Shown: positions 47,533-57,184 of the stretch, one piece after another
How positions within the stretch are numbered: the stretch's first letter is position 1
How the letters are laid out: each line of letters starts with the position of its first letter
From: Tepidisphaeraceae bacterium
GTDB taxonomy: Bacteria > Planctomycetota > Phycisphaerae > Tepidisphaerales > Tepidisphaeraceae
Assembly (NCBI GenBank): GCA_049840775.1
Contig: JASGJJ010000005.1
Span: 1,453,762 to 1,517,761 of the forward strand
Length of the DNA stretch: 64,000 nt
Direction: 5' to 3'
Position numbers and translations under genes: made by a program
Notes under the pieces: generated by a model
The model's database searches: none
Told to the model about the DNA's origin: nothing
What the model saw: the letters and a program-made list of their open reading frames with translations, nothing else

Positions 47533-48420
47533 ATGTACCGAACCTGGGTGATCACCCGCCACACCTTCATTGAAGCCATCAGCCAGCCGATCTATTCGCT
47601 GCTGCTGAGCATCGGTGCGGCCATCCTGCTGATCTTCGCCTTCCTGCCGTTTTTCACGCTCGGCGAAGACACCGTCATGTTCACCTCCGTCGGGCTGGAC
47701 GTCGTCACCGTGCTGGTGCTGGTCGTGACGCTGTTCGCCACCAGCCGGTCGGTTCACGAAGAAATCGAAGACCGGACGATGCTCACCCTCATGAGCAAGC
47801 CGGTCAGCCGGTTGGAAGTGATCCTCGGGAAATATCTCGGCCTGTTCCTTTCGGCCGGCATGGCGATCGCGGTGCTGGGCGCCTTGCTCTGCCTGTGCAC
47901 GTGGTTCCGCATCCCGACCGATTACATGCTCAACAACCGCTCGATCGACGAGCGTGAAATCAACCGCCTGTTCAACATGCGGACGAGCATCCTCGCGGGC
48001 CTGTACCCGAGCCTGCTGTTGGTCTGGCTGCAGATCGGCACGCTGGCGGCGATCAGTGTGGCGATTTCGACGCGTTTCTCGCTCGTCGTGAACCTGCCGG
48101 CCGTTATCCTGCTGTACATCGCCGGCAACCTCACGCGGTTCCTCAGCGACGCCGTCATCAATAGCTCGATTGTCACCAAAAGCCTGGCGTTTCTCGTCTC
48201 GACGCTTCTGCCGTTCCTGGAAGTGTTCGACATGAAGAAGTACACGGTCTTCTCCAAGCTCGGCATGGACTCCGGCGACACCAGCCACGTCTTCACGTCG
48301 ACCTATATCTGGACGAACGTCGGCCTGTCCGTGCTGTACGCGGCCTTCTACGCCGCCTTCGCGCTCACCGTTGGCATCCTGATCTTCCGCAAGCGCGAAC
48401 TCGGCGGCAACGAAGGCTGA
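47533..48420 (+). CDS. ABC-2-type transporter permease (no adjacent ATPase gene)
   Basis: It uses ATG 47533 (MYRTWVITRHTFIEAISQPIYSLLL..) inside ORF 47467..48420. It has about 6 TM helices and ..EEIEDRTMLTLMSKPVSR.. Confidence 0.65.
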   Translation: MYRTWVITRHTFIEAISQPIYSLLLSIGAAILLIFAFLPFFTLGEDTVMFTSVGLDVVTVLVLVVTLFATSRSVHEEIEDRTMLTLMSKPVSRLEVILGKYLGLFLSAGMAIAVLGALLCLCTWFRIPTDYMLNNRSIDEREINRLFNMRTSILAGLYPSLLLVWLQIGTLAAISVAISTRFSLVVNLPAVILLYIAGNLTRFLSDAVINSSIVTKSLAFLVSTLLPFLEVFDMKKYTVFSKLGMDSGDTSHVFTSTYIWTNVGLSVLYAAFYAAFALTVGILIFRKRELGGNEG

Positions 48421-48429
48421 TCTTGCCGC

Positions 48430-48455
48430 GGGCGATAGGTATGTCGCCCTTACAG
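48430..48455. repeat. Half-copy (single arm) of the nested-palindrome family, 'ATGT' variant
   Basis: GGGCGATAGGTATGTCGCCCTTACAG compares with arm GGGCGACATGTATGTCGCCCCTACA of copy D. It sits between the convergent stops at 48420 and 48457. Confidence 0.7.
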
Positions 48456-48456
48456 G

Positions 48457-49872
48457 TCATTGGCCGAACAAATCCATCTGCTTGGAATCCTTGGCGGTCG
48501 ACTCGATCGTGCCATCGCTGAGTTGGGTGATCAGCAGATCGCCGGGTTTGACGTCGGCGGGGCTCAGGACGGTTTTGCCGTTCTTTAATCGCGTGATCGA
48601 ATAGCCGCGTTTCAGGACGGCCCGGGGGTCGAGGGCGGTCAGTTCCCGGCTTAACGCTTCCAGCCGCCCCGCCGCGAGGGCGAGGCGCAGCTTCCGGGCG
48701 TGCCCCAGGCCTGCTGAGAGGCGGGCGAGACGTTCCTTCGCCTGGGAGAGCCGGGCCGCCGGGTGTTGGGCGTGCAGGCGGTTTTCGTGCTTCGCCAGGC
48801 GATTTCGGCAGGTGCCGACGACGCCCGTCAGGGCCATTCGCAGGTCACGCTGACGCTCATCGAGGACTTGTTTCAGCCGATTCAGCCGATCGGTCGGCCG
48901 GCGGAAGACTTCGTGACGCTCGATCGCCGTGAGCCGGTGCCGGTGGTTCGTGACCAGCTGCCGGAGTGAACGTGTAAGCCGCGTCGAGGCGTTATCCAGG
49001 GCGTCGGCAGCGCGTCGCCAGTTCGCGACGGCGACCTGGGCGGCCTCGGTCGGCGTGTGGGCGTGGTAGTCGGCGGCGAGGTCGGCGATCGAAACATCGA
49101 CCTCGTGCCCGATGCCGGTAATCACCGGCACGCGGCAGGCACGCACGGCGCGGGCGACGGCCTCTTCGTTGAACTCCCACAAGTCTTCCAGCGACCCGCC
49201 GCCCCGGCCGAGCAGGACGACGTTTGCATCCTTCGGCGTGATCGCCAGCAACGCCTCGGCGATTTTCGCCGCCGAGCCGACGCCCTGCACGGGCACGTGA
49301 ATCACACGCGGCGTCAGCCACGGTGTCCGCTGAAAGACCTTCAGCATGTCCTGCAACGCGGCGGCCTGCTTACTGGTGATCAGCACGATCTTCTGCGGGT
49401 ACGCCGGCAGCGGCCGCTTGATGTCGGGATCGAACAGCCCTTCGTTTTCCAGTTTCAGCCGCAATTGCGTGAAACGAATTTCCAATGCCCCGCGGCCGAG
49501 GGGCGTAAGGGTTTGGCAGTAAAGCTGATACCGCCCGCGCTGCTGGTAGACCCGCACGCCGCCGGATACCAGCACTTCCATGCCGTCCACCGGCTTGGCC
49601 AGCAATCGGGCGGCGGCGTCGCGGAACATCACGCAGTCGATGCAACTCTTGGCGTCTTTGAGCGTGAAGTAATAATGACCGCTCGCGGCATGGGCGTTGA
49701 GATTGCTGATCTCGCCACGCACAAGGACCGATGCCGGCACGCCCTGTTTGATGGCGATGTCGATCCGCGCCGTCAGGTCGGCGACACTGATCGCGCGGTC
49801 CAGCCGTGCGTCATCCGCCTCGGCCGACGGCTTGGTGACGCGACTGCGAAAATCGAAGAACGATTCGGGCAT
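48457..49872 (-). CDS. xseA: Exodeoxyribonuclease VII large subunit
   Basis: It uses ATG 49872 (MPESFFDF..) inside ORF 48457..49974. The OB-fold reads ..VRGEISNLNAHAASGHYYFTLKD.., the catalytic region reads ..LGRGGGSLEDLWEFNEE..PVITGIGHEVD.., and a long coiled tail follows. Confidence 0.88.
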   Translation of the reverse strand: MPESFFDFRSRVTKPSAEADDARLDRAISVADLTARIDIAIKQGVPASVLVRGEISNLNAHAASGHYYFTLKDAKSCIDCVMFRDAAARLLAKPVDGMEVLVSGGVRVYQQRGRYQLYCQTLTPLGRGALEIRFTQLRLKLENEGLFDPDIKRPLPAYPQKIVLITSKQAAALQDMLKVFQRTPWLTPRVIHVPVQGVGSAAKIAEALLAITPKDANVVLLGRGGGSLEDLWEFNEEAVARAVRACRVPVITGIGHEVDVSIADLAADYHAHTPTEAAQVAVANWRRAADALDNASTRLTRSLRQLVTNHRHRLTAIERHEVFRRPTDRLNRLKQVLDERQRDLRMALTGVVGTCRNRLAKHENRLHAQHPAARLSQAKERLARLSAGLGHARKLRLALAAGRLEALSRELTALDPRAVLKRGYSITRLKNGKTVLSPADVKPGDLLITQLSDGTIESTAKDSKQMDLFGQ

Positions 49873-49877
49873 TCTCT

Positions 49878-49947
49878 TGTAGGGGCGACATACATGTCGC
49901 CCGTGTTTGCCGAACGAGCAGCAGGCGACATGTATGTCGCCCCTACA
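49878..49947. repeat. Nested-palindrome repeat, copy D (GACATACATGTC variant)
   Basis: TGTAGGGGCGACATACATGTCGCCC (49878-49902) pairs with AGGCGACATGTATGTCGCCCCTACA (49923-49947), with 1 mismatch. It fills the mgtE-stop to xseA-start spacer. Confidence 0.9.
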
Positions 49948-49951
49948 AATC

Positions 49952-51397
49952 CTAGCCGCCGTGCGTCGGCACAAGCCATTTGAACATCAGCGTCGCCAGG
50001 CCGAGCAGGGCGAAGAAGCCGCCGACGTCGGTGACGGTCGTCGCGAAGATCGTAGCACTCTGGGCCGGGTCAAAGCCCAGGCGTTTCATGATGAACGGGA
50101 TGATTGCCCCGCTGGCACAGGCGAGCGTGTGGTTGATGATTAAGGCCGCACAAACCAGCAGGCCGAGCACCGGACTGCCCTGCCAGAGCATGGCCACCAG
50201 TGCCGTCACAACACCGCAGATCACGCCCGTGAGGATGCCGACAATGAGTTCGCGGCGGACGACGTGGAAGAGGAGCTTTTTGTCGACATTCCCCGTCGCC
50301 AGCCCGCGCACGGCGACGGCCATCGCCTGCGCGCTGGCGTTGCCGCCCATGCCGGCGATGATCGGCATGTAAATCGCGAGCACGGCAATTTTGCTGATCG
50401 TCTCCTCGAACACGCCGACCACGCTGCCGGCCAAAAACGCCGTGCCGAGGTTAATCAGCAGCCACCATACCCGGCTTTTAAAGCTGAAATACCACGGGCT
50501 GTTCAGACGTTCCTCGGCACCGGCACCGAACATCTTCAGCACGTCTTCGGTGGCTTCTTCGGTGACGACGTCGATGACGTCGTCCATGGTGATCAGCCCG
50601 ACCAGACGGGCGTCGTCGTCCACCACGGGGACGGCCAGGTAGCCGGTTTCCCGCATGAACTTGGCGACGTCCTCCTGGTCCATGCCGGCCGGCACGCTGC
50701 GGACGCCCTTGATCATCAGATCCCGCAGCCGCCGGCTCGGCTTGGCGAGAATGAGGTCACGCATCGACAGCACGCCGACCAAATGCCCCATGCGGTCGAT
50801 CACGTAAACGTAGAACATCTGCTCCAGCTCTTCGCTGAGCTTTCGGAGCATCTGGATGGCGTCGTCGACGGTGAGGTACTCGTAGAGCGCGGTCACCTGC
50901 GTCGTCATGATGCCGCCGGCGGTGTCGGGGGCGTAGCTTTCGAGATGACGCGTTTCGGCGCGTTTGGCGTGGTCGAGCTCGGCGAGAAGCTCGTCGTGGG
51001 CCTCGGCGTCGACGAGGCCGAGGATGTCGACGCGGTCGTCCGGGTCCATCTCCGCCAGCACCATGGCGGCTTCGACGCGGTTCATCCCCAGCACCAGCGC
51101 GGCGGCCGTGCCGGCGTCGACTTCCTTGAAAATCGACGCCGCCGTCTTCGGGTCAAGGTATTCACTGACGGCGACCGCGCGGTCGATAGGGAGTTTTTCT
51201 AAAACGAGCGCGCCCTGCCGGCGCGGCGCTTCCTCGATCATTTCACTCAAGACCCGCGGCGGGCTGATGAGCAGTTCCTCGGTCGTGACCGCATCAATCG
51301 ATAGGACAGAGGGTTCCAACGAATCGACGGCGGCCTCTGTGGCCTCGATGTCGGCGTTGGCGGGGTCGGGCGAAATTGGTTCGTTCGGGTCGGCCAT
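49952..51397 (-). CDS. mgtE: Magnesium transporter MgtE
   Basis: The ORF is 481 aa. It has the MgtE N-domain, two CBS repeats (..VIDRMGHLVGVLSMRDL.., ..VVDDDARLVGLITMDDV..) and a TM domain with ..MPIIAGMGGNASAQ.. Confidence 0.9.
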   Translation of the reverse strand: MADPNEPISPDPANADIEATEAAVDSLEPSVLSIDAVTTEELLISPPRVLSEMIEEAPRRQGALVLEKLPIDRAVAVSEYLDPKTAASIFKEVDAGTAAALVLGMNRVEAAMVLAEMDPDDRVDILGLVDAEAHDELLAELDHAKRAETRHLESYAPDTAGGIMTTQVTALYEYLTVDDAIQMLRKLSEELEQMFYVYVIDRMGHLVGVLSMRDLILAKPSRRLRDLMIKGVRSVPAGMDQEDVAKFMRETGYLAVPVVDDDARLVGLITMDDVIDVVTEEATEDVLKMFGAGAEERLNSPWYFSFKSRVWWLLINLGTAFLAGSVVGVFEETISKIAVLAIYMPIIAGMGGNASAQAMAVAVRGLATGNVDKKLLFHVVRRELIVGILTGVICGVVTALVAMLWQGSPVLGLLVCAALIINHTLACASGAIIPFIMKRLGFDPAQSATIFATTVTDVGGFFALLGLATLMFKWLVPTHGG

Positions 51398-51639
51398 GCG
51401 GTCGGTGGCTTAGGTCGCACGAATCATAGAAGCGTTGTCGTCCGCCGCAACCCTTGCTAAAACGCTGGACTCAGGACACGTTTTGTCCTAACATTAACCG
51501 TACCCGTCCGGGGCTGTTTCAGAAGCCCCGGGTGGACGATTCGGCCGGGTTTGGCCGATACGTCGGTCATGACGCACGGAGGCGTCGGCCCACCCGCCGC
51601 CCCCGCACCGACCGATTTTCGACACTGAGGAGACGTTCG

Positions 51640-54120
51640 ATGGCCCTGAACCGCACGGGCAAAGCAGCCGAAGACGACCTTTTCGCCACCGACAACGGCG
51701 GCAACGGCGCCGGGGGCAATCCGCCGCCCACCGCCCCGCCGCCCGGCGGCGAAGACGCCGCGCCGCTGCACGATTTAGCGCAAAAACGCTACCTGAATTA
51801 CGCCCTCAGCGTCATCACCAGCCGCGCGTTGCCCGACGTCCGCGACGGCATGAAGCCCGTCCAGCGCCGCATCGTCTATACGATGTGGCAGAACGGCCTG
51901 CGGTTCGAAACCAAGCACCGCAAGTGCGCGACCGTGGTCGGCGACGTCATGGGCCGATACCACCCGCACGGCGACTCTTCGATTTACGAAGCCCTCGTCC
52001 GCATGGCGCAGCCGTTCGCGATGCGTGCGACACTGGTCGACGGCAGCGGTAACTTCGGCAGCCTCGACGGCGACCCGGCCGCTGCGATGCGGTACACCGA
52101 GTGCCGCCTCACCCAGATCGCCGCCGAGACGATCCAGGAAATCGGCCAAGGCACGGTCCATTTCCGTCCGAACTACGACGGCACGCGCGACGAGCCGGTC
52201 GTGCTCCCCAGCCGCGTGCCGAACCTCTTGCTCAACGGCACGACGGGCATCGCGGTCGGCATGGCGACGAACATTCCGCCGCACAACCTCGGCGAAATCT
52301 GCAACGCGCTTTTGAAATTGCTCGATGACCCGGAAATTCAGGAAAGCCGACTCGTCGCCAACGACGCCGTGCGCGGCCCCGACTTCCCGACCGGTGCGCA
52401 GATCCTCAACACCAAGGCCGAGCTTCTCGAAATCTACAAAACCGGCCAAGGCCCCATCAAAATGCGGGCCACCTACGAAAAAGGGCCGACCACCCGCAGC
52501 ACGCAGACGGTCTTCATCACGAGCATCCCGTATGCTGTGAATAAGTCGGAACTCGTGGAGGCGATCGCGCAGGTCGTCCTCAGCCGTAAGATGCCGCTGC
52601 TGACCGACGTGAAAGACGTCAGCACGGACGACGTCCGCATCGAGCTCGAACTGAAGCGCGACGCCGAAGTCGAAAAGGTGATGGCGTTCCTCTTCAAGCA
52701 CACGCTCTTGCAGACGAACTTCAACGTGAACCTCACGTGCCTGATCCCGACCGACAACCCCGAAGTCGGCCGGCCCGAACGCCTGGGTTTGAAGGCGATT
52801 CTCTGGCACTTCCTGCACTTCCGCCTGGAAGTCGTCACGAAGCGGCTCGCGCACGAACTCGAACAGCTGAAGAAGCGCATCCACACGCTGGAAGGCTTCG
52901 CGTTCGCGTTCGACATTCTCGATGACCTGATCAAGATCATCCGCGCCAGCGAAGGTAAATCCGACGCGGCCGCAAAGATCCTGAAGAAATACGGCATCGA
53001 CCCGCACGGCCCGCGTCGCGGCAAAGACGGCCTCGACCCGCAGCAGGTCGACGACATCCTCGAACTCAAGCTCTACCGCCTGGCCCGGCTTGAGATCAAC
53101 CTCATCACCGACGAACTCGCCGAGAAGAACAAGCGCGCGAAAGAAATCCGCCGCCTGCTCGACGAAACCGAAGCCACCGGCCGCTGGGGAATCGTGAAGA
53201 AGGAAATCGAAGAACTCCGCGACGGCTACGGCAAGCAGCCGCGGATGAAGCGGCTCACCCTCATCAAGGACAACGAAGACGAAGTCGAATACTCGGCCGA
53301 GGATTTCATCGTCGCCGAAGACAACCACGTCCTCGTCACCGCCGACGGCTGGGTCAAACGCCAGAAGGAAATCAACCCGGAAACCACGCGCTTGCGCGAA
53401 GGCGATCGCATCCTCGCCCTCGTCGCCGGCAGCACGCGGGCAACGGTCGTGTTCCTAAGCAACTACGGCACGGCCTACACCGCGCGCGTCATCGACATCC
53501 CCGCCACCACCGGGTACGGCGAGCCGATCCAAAAGCTCTTCAAGCTCAAGGACGGCGAAAAAATCATCGCCGCCCTGTCCATGGACGAGCGCGTGCTGCC
53601 CGCCAAGGCCACCGCGTTCAACGAAGCCAAGCCGGAGATCGACCCGAAGCTGCATTTGTTCGTCGTCACCAGCGACGGCAACGCACTTCGCCTCGGCGTC
53701 GACCCGTACCGCGACGTTTCCACAAAAGCCGGCCGTCGCTTCGCCCGCCCGGCGGACGGCGTGCAGGTGGTCTTCGCCGGCATCATCACCGGCGACGAAA
53801 CCGTCATCGCCGCCAGCCAGCTCCGCCGCGTGCTGTTGTGCAACGTGCTGAAGATCAACTTCGTCAGCGGCCCCGCCAAGGGCGTGCAGCTGATCAAGCT
53901 CGACAAGGGCGACCGCGTGCTCGCCGCCATCACGGCCAACAGCGACCGCGACACGCTCACCGTCAAAACAAGCATGGGCGGCGAGCAACGCCTCAACACC
54001 GGCCGATACAAATTGACGGATCGTGGCGGGAAAGGCCACGAGTTCGTCAGTCGCGGGCAGATCGTTGAAGTCCTGCACGAGGCGGTCGCCGCCCCGCAGG
54101 AATTGCCGCCTTTGAAGTAA
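51640..54120 (+). CDS. Type IIA topoisomerase subunit A (GyrA/ParC family)
   Basis: ATG 51640 is preceded by GAGGAG at 51628-51633. It reads ..[35 protein letters not shown] (catalytic Tyr)..[14 protein letters not shown].. The N-terminal extension is G/P-rich. A beta-pinwheel-like C-terminal domain follows. Confidence 0.88.
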   Translation: MALNRTGKAAEDDLFATDNGGNGAGGNPPPTAPPPGGEDAAPLHDLAQKRYLNYALSVITSRALPDVRDGMKPVQRRIVYTMWQNGLRFETKHRKCATVVGDVMGRYHPHGDSSIYEALVRMAQPFAMRATLVDGSGNFGSLDGDPAAAMRYTECRLTQIAAETIQEIGQGTVHFRPNYDGTRDEPVVLPSRVPNLLLNGTTGIAVGMATNIPPHNLGEICNALLKLLDDPEIQESRLVANDAVRGPDFPTGAQILNTKAELLEIYKTGQGPIKMRATYEKGPTTRSTQTVFITSIPYAVNKSELVEAIAQVVLSRKMPLLTDVKDVSTDDVRIELELKRDAEVEKVMAFLFKHTLLQTNFNVNLTCLIPTDNPEVGRPERLGLKAILWHFLHFRLEVVTKRLAHELEQLKKRIHTLEGFAFAFDILDDLIKIIRASEGKSDAAAKILKKYGIDPHGPRRGKDGLDPQQVDDILELKLYRLARLEINLITDELAEKNKRAKEIRRLLDETEATGRWGIVKKEIEELRDGYGKQPRMKRLTLIKDNEDEVEYSAEDFIVAEDNHVLVTADGWVKRQKEINPETTRLREGDRILALVAGSTRATVVFLSNYGTAYTARVIDIPATTGYGEPIQKLFKLKDGEKIIAALSMDERVLPAKATAFNEAKPEIDPKLHLFVVTSDGNALRLGVDPYRDVSTKAGRRFARPADGVQVVFAGIITGDETVIAASQLRRVLLCNVLKINFVSGPAKGVQLIKLDKGDRVLAAITANSDRDTLTVKTSMGGEQRLNTGRYKLTDRGGKGHEFVSRGQIVEVLHEAVAAPQELPPLK

Positions 54121-54139
54121 GCGAAGAAGAACCAAGATC

Positions 54140-56064
54140 ATGAGCGCAGCGCCTCTTACAACGCCAGCAGCATCACCGTCCTCGAAGGCCTGGACCCCGT
54201 CCGCAAACGGCCGGGCATGTACATCGGCGGCACGGGCAGTGCCGGGCTGCACCATCTCGTCTGGGAAATTTTCGACAACAGTGTCGACGAGGCCATGAAC
54301 GGCCACGCCGACATGATCGAAGTCACGCTCCACAAAGACGGCAAGAGCGTCACCGTCACCGACAACGGCCGCGGCATCCCGGTCGACCAGCACCCGACCC
54401 ACAAAAAGCCCGCGCTCGAAATCATCCTCTGCACCCTCCACGCCGGCGGCAAATTCGATAACGGCGGGCAGGGCAACTACAAAACCTCCGGCGGCCTGCA
54501 CGGCGTCGGCTCATCCGTCGTCAACGCCCTCTCCACCAAGCTCGTCGCCACCGTCCGCCGTGACGGCGCTGAATGGCAAATGGAGTTCAGCCAGGGGAAG
54601 ACCGTCGGCAAGATCAAAAAGATCGGCCCGGCCCGCGGCAGCGGCACGACCATCTACTTCCACCCCGACCCGACCATCTTCCCGCGCACGGAATTCAACC
54701 CGGAAACCATCCGCGAACGCCTGGAAATTGCCAGCTACGTTCACAAGGGGTTGAAGGTCGTCTGGAATGACGAAACCAGCAACAAAAAAGAGACGTTCCA
54801 CCACGTCGACGGCATTCAGGCGTACCTGAAAAAACTGCTGGCCGACAAGAACGCCCGGCCTGTGCACGAACAGCCGTTCGTCTTCGAAAAAGACGGCGGC
54901 GGCATCCGCCTGGAAATGTGCTTCGCCTGGACGGAACACACCGAAGAACTCCTCAAAAGCTACGTCAACGGCATCCCCACCGGTAACGGCGGCACGCACG
55001 AGAACGGCCTCCGCGCCGGCGTCGCCAAGGCGATCCGCAACTACATCGAAACGCACAACCTCACGCCCCGCGGCGTCACGCTCCAGGTCGAAGACATCCG
55101 CGAAGGCGTCTTCGGCGTACTCAGCGTGTTCGTGGAAGACCCGCAGTTCCAAGGCCAGACCAAAGACCGGCTGAACAATCCGGAAGTGCAAGGCATGGTC
55201 GACGGTGCCGTGCGGCCGGCCGTGGAGCACTGGCTGAACAACAATCGCTCGGTCGCCGAGACGATTATCAATCGCATCATCATTGCCGCCCGCGCACGCG
55301 AAGCCAGCCGCGCCGCCAGCGCCGCCATTACGCGCAAAACCGCCACCACCGGCCGCCTCGCCCTGCCCGGGAAACTCGCCGACTGCAGCAGCACGAATCG
55401 CGCCGAGAGCGAACTGTTCATCGTCGAAGGCGATAGCGCAGGCGGCAGCGCCAAGCAAGGCCGCGACCGCGCCAAGCAAGCCATTCTCCCGCTCCGCGGC
55501 AAGGTGCTGAACACCGAAGGCCAGAGCCTGGCGAAGGTGCTGGAGAACAAGGAAATCGCCGACCTCGTCGTCGCCCTCGGCTGCGGTGCCGGCGCCGACT
55601 GTGACCCATCGAAGCTCCGCTACCAGCGCCTCGTCCTGCTCGCCGACGCCGACAGTGACGGCCATCACATTACGACGCTGCTGCTGACGTTCATCTTCCG
55701 CCACATGCGGCAGTTGATCGAAGCCGGCCGCGTTTATCTCGCCATGCCGCCGCTGTTCCGCATCGACATCGGCAAGGAAACGCACTGGGCCGCCGACGAA
55801 GCCGACCGCGCCCGCATTCTCGCCAAGTTCGCCAAGCCGAACAGCAAGGTCGAAATCACCCGTTTCAAAGGCCTCGGCGAAATGATGCCCAAGGTACTCT
55901 GGGAAACGACGCTGAACCCGAAGACGCGCCGCCTGCTGAAAGTCGAAATCGCCGACACGCTGGCCACCGACCGCATCATCAACGAACTGATGGGCAAAGA
56001 CGCCTCCGCCCGATTCCGCTTCATCATGGACCGCGCGGAAGAGGCGGACGAACTCGATGTATGA
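54140..56064 (+). CDS. Type IIA topoisomerase subunit B (GyrB/ParE family); one apparent frameshift at the 5' end
   Basis: ATG 54140 gives MSAAP. A frame change at ~54152 leads to ..SYNASSITVLEGLDPVRKRPGMYIGG and then ORF 54217..56064. Motifs include LHHLVWEIFDNSVDEA, DNGRGIP, LHGVGSS, PGKLADC, ELFIVEGDSAGGSAKQGRDR and LLADADSDGHHI. Confidence 0.88.
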
Positions 56065-56069
56065 TGCGG

Positions 56070-56080
56070 GAGCGTGAAAT
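56070..56080. repeat. Left copy of the 11-bp direct repeat GAGCGTGAAAT flanking the DUF4365-like ORF
   Basis: The exact 11-mer also occurs at 57125-57135. This copy starts 6 nt after the topoisomerase B stop and contains the ORF's GTG start (56074). Confidence 0.85.
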
Positions 56081-57120
56081 ATCCCCAATCCAGACGCATC
56101 GAAAATGAAGGTGTTCTACATGTCGACGCCGTCGTTACGACGCATGGCTCGATCTTCCGTCGCATCCATCAGGAAAGTGACATTGGTGTTGATGGGATCA
56201 TTGAAATTGTGCTAGACGAGGTCGCATCCGGACTTCTCGTCGCAGTACAGATTAAGTCCGGCGACTCTTATCTGTCAGCTGACAGGTCGGAATTTCGCAT
56301 CTCGGTCGATGATGCGCATTTAGCGTATTGGGCCAATTACGCCATCCCCGTCATCGTCGTCGCCTTTTCGCCTTCGTTGAAGAAGGCGGCATGGACTCTG
56401 GTCAGAGATCATCCTGCAATTGAGGAACAAGAGGGAAAGTCCCCCGTCGGACCACTTCGCATCCCCTTACACCGTAAATTTGATGTCGACTCACTTGCGA
56501 ACGATGTGGCATCACTCGCGCGAGTTCGTGTCGACGAACGAATGCTCATTGAATGCGCCGAGAAATGTCTGAGCGATAGGCCTGAGCAACGTAATGAAGG
56601 ATTGGTCGTACTTACGTCACATCCCAAATCGAGGGACTTGAAGATTGTTTGCGATCTGGCACGTCGTCTATTGATGGATGAATCCCGCGAGACCGCTTCG
56701 GAAGCGATGTGGGCTCTCGGCTACGGGGTCGGTCGCAGTCTCTGGTCATGGGATCCCCACAACTTGGAAGAGAGGAAAGTTATCGACTTTGCGCATCAGC
56801 TTTGCAAAACCCTTACGAAGGAAGAAGCTAAGCGATGCCTTGAACTTATTGACGATGAGCCGTTCGGAGGACCGTCGTCTTTAGGGACGTACTGCTATTT
56901 CGTGCTCCAAGCTGCATGGCACGTCGCAGAAGACGCATTGTACCAGTGTATTAGGGACACGCGAGAGCCGTTCCAACGCCGTATTAGAGCGTTTTGGATC
57001 TACTACGATGGAGAAACCGCGGACAACTTGGACAACGGGGAAATTCGAGCTGGCTTCTTAGCCGACGACGTTGAGCGCGATCTATACTTGGCGTGGTTTC
57101 CGGAGCCCGCTGATGAATAG
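56074..57120 (+). CDS. DUF4365-like (predicted PD-(D/E)xK nuclease fold) N-terminal domain fused to an all-alpha, HEAT/ARM-like C-terminal region; lies in a low-GC islet
   Basis: The ORF starts at GTG and is 348 aa. It reads ..ENEGVLHVDAVVTTHGSIFRRIHQESDIGVDGIIEIV..LLVAVQIKSGDSYL..DDAHLAYWANYAIPVIVVAF.. The family call is from memory. The C-terminus is helix-rich (..EAMWALGYGVG.., ..EEAKRCLELIDDE..). Hand-counted samples are 45-48% GC. Confidence 0.6.
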   Translation: MKYPQSRRIENEGVLHVDAVVTTHGSIFRRIHQESDIGVDGIIEIVLDEVASGLLVAVQIKSGDSYLSADRSEFRISVDDAHLAYWANYAIPVIVVAFSPSLKKAAWTLVRDHPAIEEQEGKSPVGPLRIPLHRKFDVDSLANDVASLARVRVDERMLIECAEKCLSDRPEQRNEGLVVLTSHPKSRDLKIVCDLARRLLMDESRETASEAMWALGYGVGRSLWSWDPHNLEERKVIDFAHQLCKTLTKEEAKRCLELIDDEPFGGPSSLGTYCYFVLQAAWHVAEDALYQCIRDTREPFQRRIRAFWIYYDGETADNLDNGEIRAGFLADDVERDLYLAWFPEPADE

Positions 57121-57124
57121 ATCA

Positions 57125-57135
57125 GAGCGTGAAAT
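57125..57135. repeat. Right copy of the 11-bp direct repeat GAGCGTGAAAT
   Basis: It is identical to 56070-56080. It starts 5 nt after the ORF stop (57120) and 50 nt before the glpD start. Confidence 0.85.
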
Positions 57136-57184
57136 TGCTTGTTGACCTCTTGCCAACAGGCGCGCCGGCGCAGACGCTACAGGC

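Noticed and set aside
30342-49947. CRISPR array
   Set aside because: The repeated units are inverted pairs scattered over 20 kb at gene ends. They are not direct repeats with regular 30-40-nt spacers, and there are no cas genes.
51398-51600. Possible Mg2+ (M-box) riboswitch in the mgtE leader
   Set aside because: On the minus strand only a GTTAGG hexamer resembles the M-box core. The rest shows no match to the consensus as I remember it. An Infernal search would be needed before any call.
51775-56088. Long minus-strand ORFs 51775..53328, 53455..54501 and 54511..56088
   Set aside because: They are shadow ORFs opposite the two topoisomerase genes, with no recognisable domains.
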